From positions 62,001 to 126,000 of IMG/VR virus record IMGVR_UViG_3300047548_001122: a stretch of DNA of 64,000 bases; one strand, written 5' to 3'. Below the pieces are notes generated by a model. The model saw nothing but the letters and a program-made list of their open reading frames with translations. It was not told where the DNA came from and made no database searches. Position numbers and translations under genes: made by a program. Position 1 is the stretch's first letter. The number at the start of each line of letters is the position of its first letter. Shown here piece by piece: positions 10,734-19,316 of this stretch.

Positions 10734-11858
10734 ATGTTTACATTGGAAGTTAGTGTTACGGAAAAATGTAATCTTGGTTGTCCATATTGTTATGTGGCAA
10801 ACAGACCAACATGGATGACAAAAGAAGTTTTCGATCAAGGTATGGAAGACCTCACGAAACTAATGCAAAAATCTGGCGATAAAGATTATCATGTTAGTTT
10901 TTTCGGGGGTGAACCTTTACTTAATTGGGAATTAATTACTCATGCAGTACCGTATTTAAAATCGGATAAAAGATGTAAGGGTATTAATATCATTACTAAC
11001 TTAACGATGATTGATGAAGAGAAGGCCAACTATTTGAAAGAAAATAGTGTTGGTGTTTCTTGGTCGTTTGATGGTATGAGTTCAAATGAAAGTAGACCAC
11101 TTTTACCTTTACTCGAAAATACTAACCCAGAAACCGGCGAATTGTTTGATGGCATTCTTTCAATGTATGAATATAAAAAGGATATCATAAAAGGTTTGAC
11201 AAATGGTTGCAAGGTTATGATATGGCCAGGCAATACAAAAGACATGAAAGAAAATTTTGAATTTTTGCTCGAATGGGGAATAGAACATCCAGATTTCAGT
11301 ATTGTTCGTGATGATGTTTGGACAGCAGATGACATAAGACAGTTTAGATATGAATGTGAAAGATTAGCAGACTTTTGGATAGAACAACTGAAAGCGGGAA
11401 AACCCTGTTCTGTTGGATTTCTTAGACTTGCAATCTTAGACACATTATACGGATTGGTAAAAGGTAAAAGACCATTCGGATGTTTTGCTGGAGCAAATGG
11501 TGGAGTTTTAATGAGTTCTGGTGAATTTTATCCTTGTGCTAGATTTGCATCTAAAAAGATCATGAAGATGGATGAACAATATAACTTTAAATATTATCAA
11601 GACATTTTTAATCCTAAGAATTTCGATAAGTGTGAACCGTGTGATTTGAAACAAGTTTGCAATGCTGGTTGCACTTATTCTCAAATCATGAATGATAACA
11701 AACCATTGGATAGTATTTGTGAATTATTTCACATCTATTATGAACAAGCTATAAGAGTTGTGAATGAATGTAGAGATATTCCAACATTTCAAGATTTAGT
11801 GCTGCATTTTATTGAAAGTGTTGGTGTGGAAAATGAAGGATTGGAATGTAGGAATTAA
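10734..11858 (+). CDS. Radical SAM/SPASM protein (AslB/peptide-maturase-like)
   Basis: CNLGCPYC, FFGGEPLL; SPASM CFAG...YPC...CEPCDLKQVCNAGC...C; SD AAGGAG. Confidence 0.92.
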   Translation: MFTLEVSVTEKCNLGCPYCYVANRPTWMTKEVFDQGMEDLTKLMQKSGDKDYHVSFFGGEPLLNWELITHAVPYLKSDKRCKGINIITNLTMIDEEKANYLKENSVGVSWSFDGMSSNESRPLLPLLENTNPETGELFDGILSMYEYKKDIIKGLTNGCKVMIWPGNTKDMKENFEFLLEWGIEHPDFSIVRDDVWTADDIRQFRYECERLADFWIEQLKAGKPCSVGFLRLAILDTLYGLVKGKRPFGCFAGANGGVLMSSGEFYPCARFASKKIMKMDEQYNFKYYQDIFNPKNFDKCEPCDLKQVCNAGCTYSQIMNDNKPLDSICELFHIYYEQAIRVVNECRDIPTFQDLVLHFIESVGVENEGLECRN

Positions 11859-11859
11859 T

Positions 11860-12189
11860 ATGAAAAAATTAAAAAGTTTATTGTCAATACCTATAAAGGT
11901 AGAAATGCAACCTGTTGAACATGCTTCAAATAGAGTTATAACGGTTGATGAACTATCAAATCAAATAGAAGAGGCTAGAAAAGGTAAAGCTAAAGTTGAT
12001 AGTAAGTATGTTGGATACAATGAAGCTGGCCATTTATTTGATTACAAATTTGATTATGTTAAATTTTTAGATAATATGAGTTTCATAATTAAAGAGGCTA
12101 AAAAAAGACCTAGAGATAACAGATATAAGAGTGAACATAAATTAATGTTGTCGAACGCCGGCAAAGGGCAAGATATACAAAAAGAATAA
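11860..12189 (+). CDS. Hypothetical protein (110 aa, basic) within radical SAM cluster
   Basis: ATG at 11860, one base after the upstream stop, is preferred to the overlapping 11812 start; its stop overlaps the next ATG. Confidence 0.6.
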   Translation: MKKLKSLLSIPIKVEMQPVEHASNRVITVDELSNQIEEARKGKAKVDSKYVGYNEAGHLFDYKFDYVKFLDNMSFIIKEAKKRPRDNRYKSEHKLMLSNAGKGQDIQKE

Positions 12190-13055
12190 TGGCTATAAAA
12201 GATTTTTTTGTTTTTCATGAATCCAATAAACCAATAATTACAAATTCTGGTGTTAATGTTTTATACTTCACAAATAAATGCAACTTAGCCTGCACTTATT
12301 GTTATGAGGATTTGCCTGGAAGACCCCCTCAAATTTTAAGTAAAGAGGATATTGTTCGTATTGTAGACGAAGTTATTTTGAGAGAGGATCCTGAAAAGCA
12401 AACACTATTTGTTTTATTTGGTGGTGAACCCACTCTAGAATGGGAAAATGTTTGTTTTGCTATGGAATATGCCTATAATAAAAAGAAAAACGTACACTTT
12501 AATATGACAACAAATGGTATAAAATACCTAAGTGAAAAATTTATAATTGAGACTAAAAATAACTTTTTCTACAAAAATAGAATGTTGTCTATAGATGTTA
12601 GTTTTGATGGCATCGGCAATAAAGACAGAATTTTCCATAATGGAAAAGAATCAACTTCTTCAATGTTGACTGTTTTTAAGAATTTGTTAGTAAATAACTT
12701 TAGATATAGACTCAGATATACTGTACATAAATATAATGTTAAATGGTGTTATGATGACATACACAAATTAATAAAGACGTTTAAACCTGAAAGATTGATA
12801 ACTTCAGTTGCATGGGACACTCTAGGTGAAGATGATTTAGTTAAGTTACAGGAAGTAAAAGACAAGTTTAGAGATGACTGGATAAATAGAAGAATAGACG
12901 TTCCAGTATGTGATATATTTTGTGACATGTGTAACGGATGCTCGGAGACAAAAGATATCAAAACCTATTTTACCAATGAAGGTAATGTAACAACTCATAA
13001 AAATTTTGAGAGTACGCCCAAATTTAAGGATTTTAAAGAAAAGGTAATGTTATGA
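12189..13055 (+). CDS. Radical SAM protein with short Cys-rich C-terminus
   Basis: CNLACTYC, LFGGEPTL, TTNG, SIDVSFDG; C-terminal CDIFCDMCNGC instead of a full SPASM domain. Confidence 0.88.
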   Translation: MAIKDFFVFHESNKPIITNSGVNVLYFTNKCNLACTYCYEDLPGRPPQILSKEDIVRIVDEVILREDPEKQTLFVLFGGEPTLEWENVCFAMEYAYNKKKNVHFNMTTNGIKYLSEKFIIETKNNFFYKNRMLSIDVSFDGIGNKDRIFHNGKESTSSMLTVFKNLLVNNFRYRLRYTVHKYNVKWCYDDIHKLIKTFKPERLITSVAWDTLGEDDLVKLQEVKDKFRDDWINRRIDVPVCDIFCDMCNGCSETKDIKTYFTNEGNVTTHKNFESTPKFKDFKEKVML

Positions 13056-13441
13056 ATAAAGATGAAATCGTAATTGAAAAATTGAAAAATATTGCTCAGA
13101 TTATCAATGATATCAAAGAGTATGACCAACCTCTTGCTGACTTAATTTGGATGGGTTTCGATACTTCTATGAGTTTAGCTAAATCCGTTTATGAAAATTC
13201 CGAGAAAGATGAACCTATTGATATTTCGGTTTATTTGGAACAAATGTGTGAAGTTCTAGGTATAAATCTGGAACAATTAATTTTAGATATAGTTCAGAAA
13301 AATAACACGAATGAAGTTGCTGAAAAAGAACCTGACACTGAAACTCTAGATTTCATAACTTCTGACATGGATGATTATGAAAAATTTTTGGCCAAAAATT
13401 CAGCGAAAAATAATCTAGATTTCTTATCTAAGGAAATATAA
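13052..13441 (+). CDS. Hypothetical acidic protein (129 aa)
   Basis: ATGA overlap with the upstream gene; Asp/Glu-rich; no recognised motif. Confidence 0.6.
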   Translation: MNKDEIVIEKLKNIAQIINDIKEYDQPLADLIWMGFDTSMSLAKSVYENSEKDEPIDISVYLEQMCEVLGINLEQLILDIVQKNNTNEVAEKEPDTETLDFITSDMDDYEKFLAKNSAKNNLDFLSKEI

Positions 13442-13445
13442 AAAA

Positions 13446-14045
13446 ATGGCTAGTTTAGGACAATTCTTTAATACCGATTCGCCGGTGTATGGCCAGACAA
13501 AACCGGCTGGTGTTCACAGAAAAATATCGAAAACATTTCAAGGAACTTTTGCAACTAATGCCGTTTCTTACGGTCTTTCTGAAGTAAATACCAGTACTAC
13601 TATATCATCATCGTTTTTCAATTCTTTAATTACTAATGCAAAATCTGAAAGAGTTAGAAGGGGAAAGGCAGATGCTAATATAAGTGCCGTTTCATCAGGC
13701 ACAGCTATATCAGCTACCACTCTTAATGATATTAGAAATGCATATAATGTTACAGATGATAGGGTAAATCAAGCGTGGGACGATTGGAGTGGAGCTAATG
13801 CTAATTCTCCAACCGAAACAGCTTTACCAACAAAAACAGTTTGGGGTCCTACAGCAGCTCCATCTAATGTTCCAGGAAGCGTATCTTCAGGTACAAAAAT
13901 TACCGCGAGTGTTATCAATAGTTTAGTGAATTCTTTAAATGCAGCAGGAGCAGTTTGTACCTGTAATTGTAATTACTGTACCTGTAACTGTAACTATTGC
14001 ACTTGTAACTGTAATTATTCCTGTACGTGTAATTGTAATTATTAA
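13446..14045 (+). CDS. Protein with C-terminal Cys-rich (CTCNCNY)x4 repeat; candidate radical SAM substrate or metal-binding protein
   Basis: 199 aa, Ser/Thr/Ala/Asn-rich body with no Cys until the last 29 residues, which hold 12 Cys; SD AAGGA upstream. Confidence 0.8.
   Translation: MASLGQFFNTDSPVYGQTKPAGVHRKISKTFQGTFATNAVSYGLSEVNTSTTISSSFFNSLITNAKSERVRRGKADANISAVSSGTAISATTLNDIRNAYNVTDDRVNQAWDDWSGANANSPTETALPTKTVWGPTAAPSNVPGSVSSGTKITASVINSLVNSLNAAGAVCTCNCNYCTCNCNYCTCNCNYSCTCNCNY
13956..14042 (+). repeat. Coding tandem repeat: 4 x 21-bp unit encoding CTCNCNY (one Ser inserted before unit 4)
   Basis: tgtacctgtaattgtaattac / tgtacctgtaactgtaactat / tgcacttgtaactgtaattat / tcc / tgtacgtgtaattgtaattat. 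Units differ only at synonymous positions. Confidence 0.95.
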
Positions 14046-14047
14046 AA

Positions 14048-14518
14048 ATGTTATTTGATTTAAATCACTTGGAAGAAACTGAAATGTCTTACATTAGACA
14101 CTTCAACCATGGTATGATATTAGGTATGTGGTTGTTTTTTTGTTTTTGCGCTTCTCTTGTTTATTGTTTTTTTCCAATTAAATTCTTACAAGATTTTATA
14201 AGTGAAAGAATAAAAACAATGTATCATGGATTAATGTTGAGATGGTTCGAAGATGATAATTTTAATCCACTCAAACCAAAAAAAGATGCAATAAGAGAAA
14301 AAGTCTATAAAAAAGAATATATTGAAAATATACAAAAAGGATTAGTTAAACCATTTGGTAATTTCAGAACATCTTATGAACTGTTAGTTACTTCTTTAGC
14401 GAGTGTAATACATTCTACTATACCTCAGATATTAGTTCATGTTGCAGCTATGAATGTGGTAAGGTTGTATTTTAGTATTAAAATTGTGGAGAAATCATAT
14501 GAAGCAAAACAAAGTTGA
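14048..14518 (+). CDS. Hypothetical membrane-associated protein (possibly DUF6356-like)
   Basis: HLEETEMSYIRHF...hydrophobic segment...FFP, plus a second similar segment ending IHSTIP. Family call is from memory of the motif only. Confidence 0.5.
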   Translation: MLFDLNHLEETEMSYIRHFNHGMILGMWLFFCFCASLVYCFFPIKFLQDFISERIKTMYHGLMLRWFEDDNFNPLKPKKDAIREKVYKKEYIENIQKGLVKPFGNFRTSYELLVTSLASVIHSTIPQILVHVAAMNVVRLYFSIKIVEKSYEAKQS

Positions 14519-14903
14519 AATTGAAGGTGTAGATGCAAACACTTACGCAGGAAAAGCTATTCAAGCGTGTAAGTTAAAAGCTAGAGGTATATTTGGAGAC
14601 GAACTTTTAACATTTAAATTGTTGGATTTTGTGAGTTTTTTCTTATTAAATAATGAATTGTCATCCAAAGGATATACTATTACGGAAAATAACAGAGAAG
14701 AAGTTTATATTAAAATTATAGAAACTGGCGACATTCAATTGATTAATGATTTGGAAAAATACATTTCTCTTAGAGATTCTTTAAAAGAATTGGAAAAAAA
14801 GAAAGAAGAATATTATAATATTGTGGAAAAGTTGTCTAGTTTACAAGATTTCAATGATGAAGTCAGTATAAATGAAATAGTAGAGTCGTATTTAAGGAGA
14901 TAA
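14499..14903 (+). CDS. Hypothetical helical protein (134 aa)
   Basis: In-frame ATG at 14499 preceded by GGAG is preferred to 14484; charged helical C-terminus. Confidence 0.6.
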   Translation: MKQNKVEIEGVDANTYAGKAIQACKLKARGIFGDELLTFKLLDFVSFFLLNNELSSKGYTITENNREEVYIKIIETGDIQLINDLEKYISLRDSLKELEKKKEEYYNIVEKLSSLQDFNDEVSINEIVESYLRR

Positions 14904-14905
14904 AC

Positions 14906-15892
14906 TTGTTAATACTTTTAAATGGACCTAGAAGTGTACATTTAAGATCCATATCTAGAGCTATTATAGATCAACAAAAAAATTGGAGTTTTAAAGATTA
15001 TACCGTTAAATATAAAAATAACGGTTTTATTGTTTTGGATTCCAACCAAAACAACGTCTATTGTAATAATCCGGAGTTGGGAAACTTAAACCACGACATT
15101 TTTATAAGTTGTTTTACTCAAGAAGAGTTTGATGAGAAATCATTATTGATCGATGAGATAAACGATTTTAATAACAAAATAGATGAAGATATAAAGAAAA
15201 ACCATTTTATAGATTCTTGGCCAGTTACAGATTTTTCCTTTTTATTCGATCACGATTTTAATTTCGAACAAGATGAAACCTATGAAAAAATATTAGAAAC
15301 TTATAGAAACAGTTCAGATACGGATGATATTTGGACAGGAAGATTTTCCATTTCTTTTATAGAAAAACTAAAATCTGATATAGGATCAGAAAATTTAAAA
15401 ATCATAAACTTTATAAGAAATCCAAGTTCTTGTGCATTTACGAACCATTTGGATGAAAATTGTAAAATCGAACATGCAAACATATCAATTTTAAATATGT
15501 TCCTTGTCTCAAAATTACCCGAAACAATTAATGTGAAATATGAAGAATTTTTGAATGATAAAAAGTTTTCTTTGGACGGTTTGGAAATACATTTACCTGA
15601 ATTGATTGTGAATCATAATGGTTTAATTAGTGAGTATGAATTTTCAAAATATGATTCCGATTTAATAAATGATGAAATCATTAATAAACTGAATGATGTT
15701 TATTCCAATTTTAATTTAGTGGAAGTTATGAAAGATGGGTTAAGTGTAGACAATACCTCAGAAATTTACAATGAATTTTTCACGAATTTACAACAAAGAA
15801 TAAAAGAAGATATAAAACAAAGTATACCAGAAAACTTTTTTGTTGAATTGAATTATTCACCCCTATCACTAGAACAAATTATATCGAAATAA
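14906..15892 (+). CDS. Hypothetical protein with P-loop/sulfotransferase-like features
   Basis: N-terminal ILLNGPRS strand-loop, KIINFIRNP and VKYEEF resemble the sulfotransferase RNP/RDP and YEDL motifs; TTG start. Confidence 0.45.
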   Translation: MLILLNGPRSVHLRSISRAIIDQQKNWSFKDYTVKYKNNGFIVLDSNQNNVYCNNPELGNLNHDIFISCFTQEEFDEKSLLIDEINDFNNKIDEDIKKNHFIDSWPVTDFSFLFDHDFNFEQDETYEKILETYRNSSDTDDIWTGRFSISFIEKLKSDIGSENLKIINFIRNPSSCAFTNHLDENCKIEHANISILNMFLVSKLPETINVKYEEFLNDKKFSLDGLEIHLPELIVNHNGLISEYEFSKYDSDLINDEIINKLNDVYSNFNLVEVMKDGLSVDNTSEIYNEFFTNLQQRIKEDIKQSIPENFFVELNYSPLSLEQIISK

Positions 15893-15898
15893 AATTTT

Positions 15899-16777
15899 GT
15901 GTTTTTATTGAACTTGAGGAAGTATGATTTAGTTATTACCACATCATACAATTTTAAATTTGGTATTTGTGGTCATTTATTTGAAATGATAGAATATTAT
16001 TGGGCAATAAAAAATTGGACAAATCTAAATCCATGCATATTATTATCCGATGGAACAACTTTAGAAGAGTTTAATAAAGCTCTAGAAAACAAATATGATG
16101 ATTTGGTGATTGAAAATGTAATATATCATCCTTTCCCCAAAGTATTAATAACAAAAAATCTATTAATAGTTGACGGTTCTTCTCGATTTGATAGAACCGA
16201 AATATATTCGGACAACTTTTTCTTACTACGTTGTCACGAAAATGAATACGATTTTTACTCCAAAAATAAATCAAATTGTTACCTGTTTCAAGATTTTGAA
16301 ATCTATGAAGATATACCGGACAAAATAACAGTAATAGATTATAAGAAAAAAATATTATACAATAAATTTAAAAAAATTGAAGGCGCAGTTGATGATGCCG
16401 CAATGTTTTATTTGACTGACGTTAGTAGATTCATGTCCGAAGATGATGTTAAACACGTTATACAAAAATACCAATTTCCAGATAATGTAATTTTTACCAA
16501 TAAAACAGAACTGTATAAATCAATTAAAACTTATAAAGTTCCCGTTGAGAATATGTGGAATAAATTTTCAAAATATGTTTATACGAAATTGCCTGGAAAA
16601 AGAGATTGTTCAAGTAGATTCATTCTGGAATGTATGCATTATGGAAAAGAAGTTATCTACGACATAGATTACTTTGACAAATCTTTAGAAGTTAGAAAAA
16701 AAGATGGTGTCACCAACACTTCTTTAGGAAAAGGCGATCTTTTGGTCGAATATCTAAATGAACGAATTAAGCGTTAA
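15899..16777 (+). CDS. Hypothetical protein, possibly degenerate GT-B glycosyltransferase
   Basis: 292 aa, GTG start; C-terminal SSRFILECMHYGKEVI resembles the GT-B ExxxxGxxV donor-binding region. Confidence 0.4.
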   Translation: MFLLNLRKYDLVITTSYNFKFGICGHLFEMIEYYWAIKNWTNLNPCILLSDGTTLEEFNKALENKYDDLVIENVIYHPFPKVLITKNLLIVDGSSRFDRTEIYSDNFFLLRCHENEYDFYSKNKSNCYLFQDFEIYEDIPDKITVIDYKKKILYNKFKKIEGAVDDAAMFYLTDVSRFMSEDDVKHVIQKYQFPDNVIFTNKTELYKSIKTYKVPVENMWNKFSKYVYTKLPGKRDCSSRFILECMHYGKEVIYDIDYFDKSLEVRKKDGVTNTSLGKGDLLVEYLNERIKR

Positions 16778-17750
16778 AAAAATTAACATAGATTATGATA
16801 GGTCTATAAACAATAGAGCTAAATTGGATACAGGTAAACTATGTAATTATAAATGCGAATTCTGTTATTATAAAAATCAACTAAGTGAGAGAGATGAACT
16901 AGATAAAATTTATCAAAGAGTGGATTATTTGTTAAGTTATGGAATAACACAAATTGATTTGAGTGGTGGTGAAAGTAGTGTAGAACCTAATTGGTTTAAA
17001 ATATTAGAATACTGTCAGAATAAGTTCGAAAGAATAAGTTGTTTAAGTCACGGAGGAAAATTTAGTGATAAAGAATTTATTCAAAAGAGTTATGAATTAG
17101 GACTGAGAGAGATATTATTCAGTTTACACTGTACTGAAGAATCGATACACGATAAAATAGTTGGTAAAAAAGGTGCTTTCAAAAATTTATTGAAAGCGAT
17201 AGAAAATTGTCATGATCTTGGTATTGAAGTTAGAATTAATACAACCATATACCACGAAAACTATGATAAGATAAACACCGATTTTATCAAAAGTTTAAAT
17301 CCTTCACAAATAAATTTTATAGCTTTGAATTATTGGCAAGATAATAGTGATTTTTCTACGATAGATTATGAAAAAGTTTGTTCATATGTTTCAAATTATA
17401 TCAAAAAGTTGCATGATAAAATAGAAGTTAATGCCAGATATTTTCCGTATTGCTTCATGCCAGACGAAGAACGTTTTATTAAAAATCACTATCATCATAT
17501 CTATGATATGAAAGATTGGAATAAAGCTGTATATAATGGTCAGTTAGATACCTCTATTACTTATACACACAAACAGAAAGTGGAACAATCATTTGATGAA
17601 GCTGAAAGGTTGCGTCTTTATACTTGTTTCAAAAGTAACGAATGTTTGAATTGCAAATATTTTTATGTCTGTGATGGAATAGAAAAACAATTGAAAGGTA
17701 AAATTCAACCTAAACCCATATTAGGTGAAAAGATAAAGGTCGTATGGTAA
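16758..17750 (+). CDS. Radical SAM protein (MoaA/NifB/PqqE-like) with C-terminal Cys cluster
   Basis: CNYKCEFC, DLSGGE, FSLH; C-terminal CLNCKYFYVCDG. Confidence 0.9.
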   Translation: MNELSVKKINIDYDRSINNRAKLDTGKLCNYKCEFCYYKNQLSERDELDKIYQRVDYLLSYGITQIDLSGGESSVEPNWFKILEYCQNKFERISCLSHGGKFSDKEFIQKSYELGLREILFSLHCTEESIHDKIVGKKGAFKNLLKAIENCHDLGIEVRINTTIYHENYDKINTDFIKSLNPSQINFIALNYWQDNSDFSTIDYEKVCSYVSNYIKKLHDKIEVNARYFPYCFMPDEERFIKNHYHHIYDMKDWNKAVYNGQLDTSITYTHKQKVEQSFDEAERLRLYTCFKSNECLNCKYFYVCDGIEKQLKGKIQPKPILGEKIKVVW

Positions 17751-18415
17751 ATCCTGATTTATCGATACTTATATTGACACACAAAAGACCTTTGTTATTT
17801 GAAAGGTGTTTAACTTCGGTTATGAATCAATATTCCGAAAATATAGAGGTTTTGGTTAATAACGATAGTTCAGATATAAAAGAAATCTTTTCGGAAAATG
17901 TTAAATATTTTTATGAGAAATTTGATAGTATTTCCGAAATATACGAATTTTTGTTGAAGATGTCGAAGGGAAAATACATTTACTTTTTAGAAGATGACGA
18001 TTACTTAACGGAAGATTTTTTAAATCAGAAGTTGGATTCGGATATAATTGCTGGGAATTATTGTCCTACATATAAACCTAATAAAATTTTAGATTTAATG
18101 AATATGTTCCAAGATTCTTTATTTTTCGATAGAGTAGATTTTATAAAAAAACTAAATTTGGAACATTTACAATTAGGACAGTTTATATTTAAAAAAGATG
18201 TTATAGAAGATTTCGTTTTTGAAAAAGATAATAATGTACATAACGATATCAAACTTGTATATCATGCTTCACTGAAATGTAAAACCTTTAAAACAACCAG
18301 TAAGTTTTTTTATTATCAGACTATAGACGGTAACGACAATATATCTTTTCCCAATACTATAAAAAATATATCGGTTACCGCATCTATGGATTTTTTAAAG
18401 AACTATGAAATATAG
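17744..18415 (+). CDS. Glycosyltransferase family 2 (GT-A)
   Basis: LSILILTHKRP, EVLVNNDSS, GKYIYFLEDDD (DxD). Confidence 0.85.
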   Translation: MVNPDLSILILTHKRPLLFERCLTSVMNQYSENIEVLVNNDSSDIKEIFSENVKYFYEKFDSISEIYEFLLKMSKGKYIYFLEDDDYLTEDFLNQKLDSDIIAGNYCPTYKPNKILDLMNMFQDSLFFDRVDFIKKLNLEHLQLGQFIFKKDVIEDFVFEKDNNVHNDIKLVYHASLKCKTFKTTSKFFYYQTIDGNDNISFPNTIKNISVTASMDFLKNYEI

Positions 18416-19316
18416 CATACAACATCATAAAGATCAAGACCCAGATCATATTAACGTACATTGGGATAGCTTAACTATTTGTCAGTTAAAGTGTTCTTAT
18501 TGTTATGCTAGAAATGAGTATGGAAAAGAATGGGGTAAAATATCCAGTAAAACAATAATTGATGCTGTTTTGGATGCTCTGAATCGTAGTAGTTTAAATT
18601 TCAATTTAGGTTTGTTGGGTGGTGAACCAACTTTAGGTCCCCATTATTATTACATACTTGATTCGATTAGTAAAATGGAAAAGTTTAATTGGGTATATGT
18701 TGTAACTAATGGTGAAAAAGACTTGACAACTCATCCACATTATGATAGACTGGCTTTTCTTTTTAGTTATCATCCGGCAGATTGTACTGATCGAGATAGG
18801 TTTTTAAACAATATTCGACATATGTTGGATAGAGGTTATAAGTGTAAAGTGAATGTCATGCTCCACCACGATAAAAACTTATGGCCTAAGATTAAAGAGA
18901 TGTTTGAAATTTTGGAGAAAATTCCAAACCTTAAAGTTCATCCACATTTCCTTTACGGTAACAGTATCACCAAGTTGTTCAATTATAGAAAAGATTTTTG
19001 GGAATATTTTTCATTTTTGGAAAACTATGAAAAAGAATTGAAATATGATGATGACCTTTTTAATGATTATATCATATTCAGAGATAAATTAACGAACTTT
19101 AAAGGTTGGAGTTGTTATAATAACAATTATGAAATTGATGTTAGAGGTAACGTAGTTAAATTTTGTATGCCAAAAACAGATAATGTTAACCTCGTTCGTG
19201 ATAGGGATTTCTTTAAAAATATATCCAAAACTGTTCCTATGATTTGTCCACATAAAGCTTGCAATTGCGATGGACTCTTGAAACAATTAAAAGTAAAAAA
19301 TGAGCCAGATAGTTGA
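18405..19316 (+). CDS. Radical SAM protein with twitch-like C-terminus
   Basis: CQLKCSYC, LLGGEPT, VTNG; C-terminal CYN...KFC...CPHKACNCDG. Confidence 0.88.
   Translation: MKYSIQHHKDQDPDHINVHWDSLTICQLKCSYCYARNEYGKEWGKISSKTIIDAVLDALNRSSLNFNLGLLGGEPTLGPHYYYILDSISKMEKFNWVYVVTNGEKDLTTHPHYDRLAFLFSYHPADCTDRDRFLNNIRHMLDRGYKCKVNVMLHHDKNLWPKIKEMFEILEKIPNLKVHPHFLYGNSITKLFNYRKDFWEYFSFLENYEKELKYDDDLFNDYIIFRDKLTNFKGWSCYNNNYEIDVRGNVVKFCMPKTDNVNLVRDRDFFKNISKTVPMICPHKACNCDGLLKQLKVKNEPDS

Noticed and set aside
13383-13400. Perfect 18-bp palindrome AATTTTTGGCCAAAAATT upstream of the Cys-repeat gene
   Set aside because: It lies in coding sequence. At this AT content roughly one such palindrome is expected by chance in 64 kb, and no second copy was seen.
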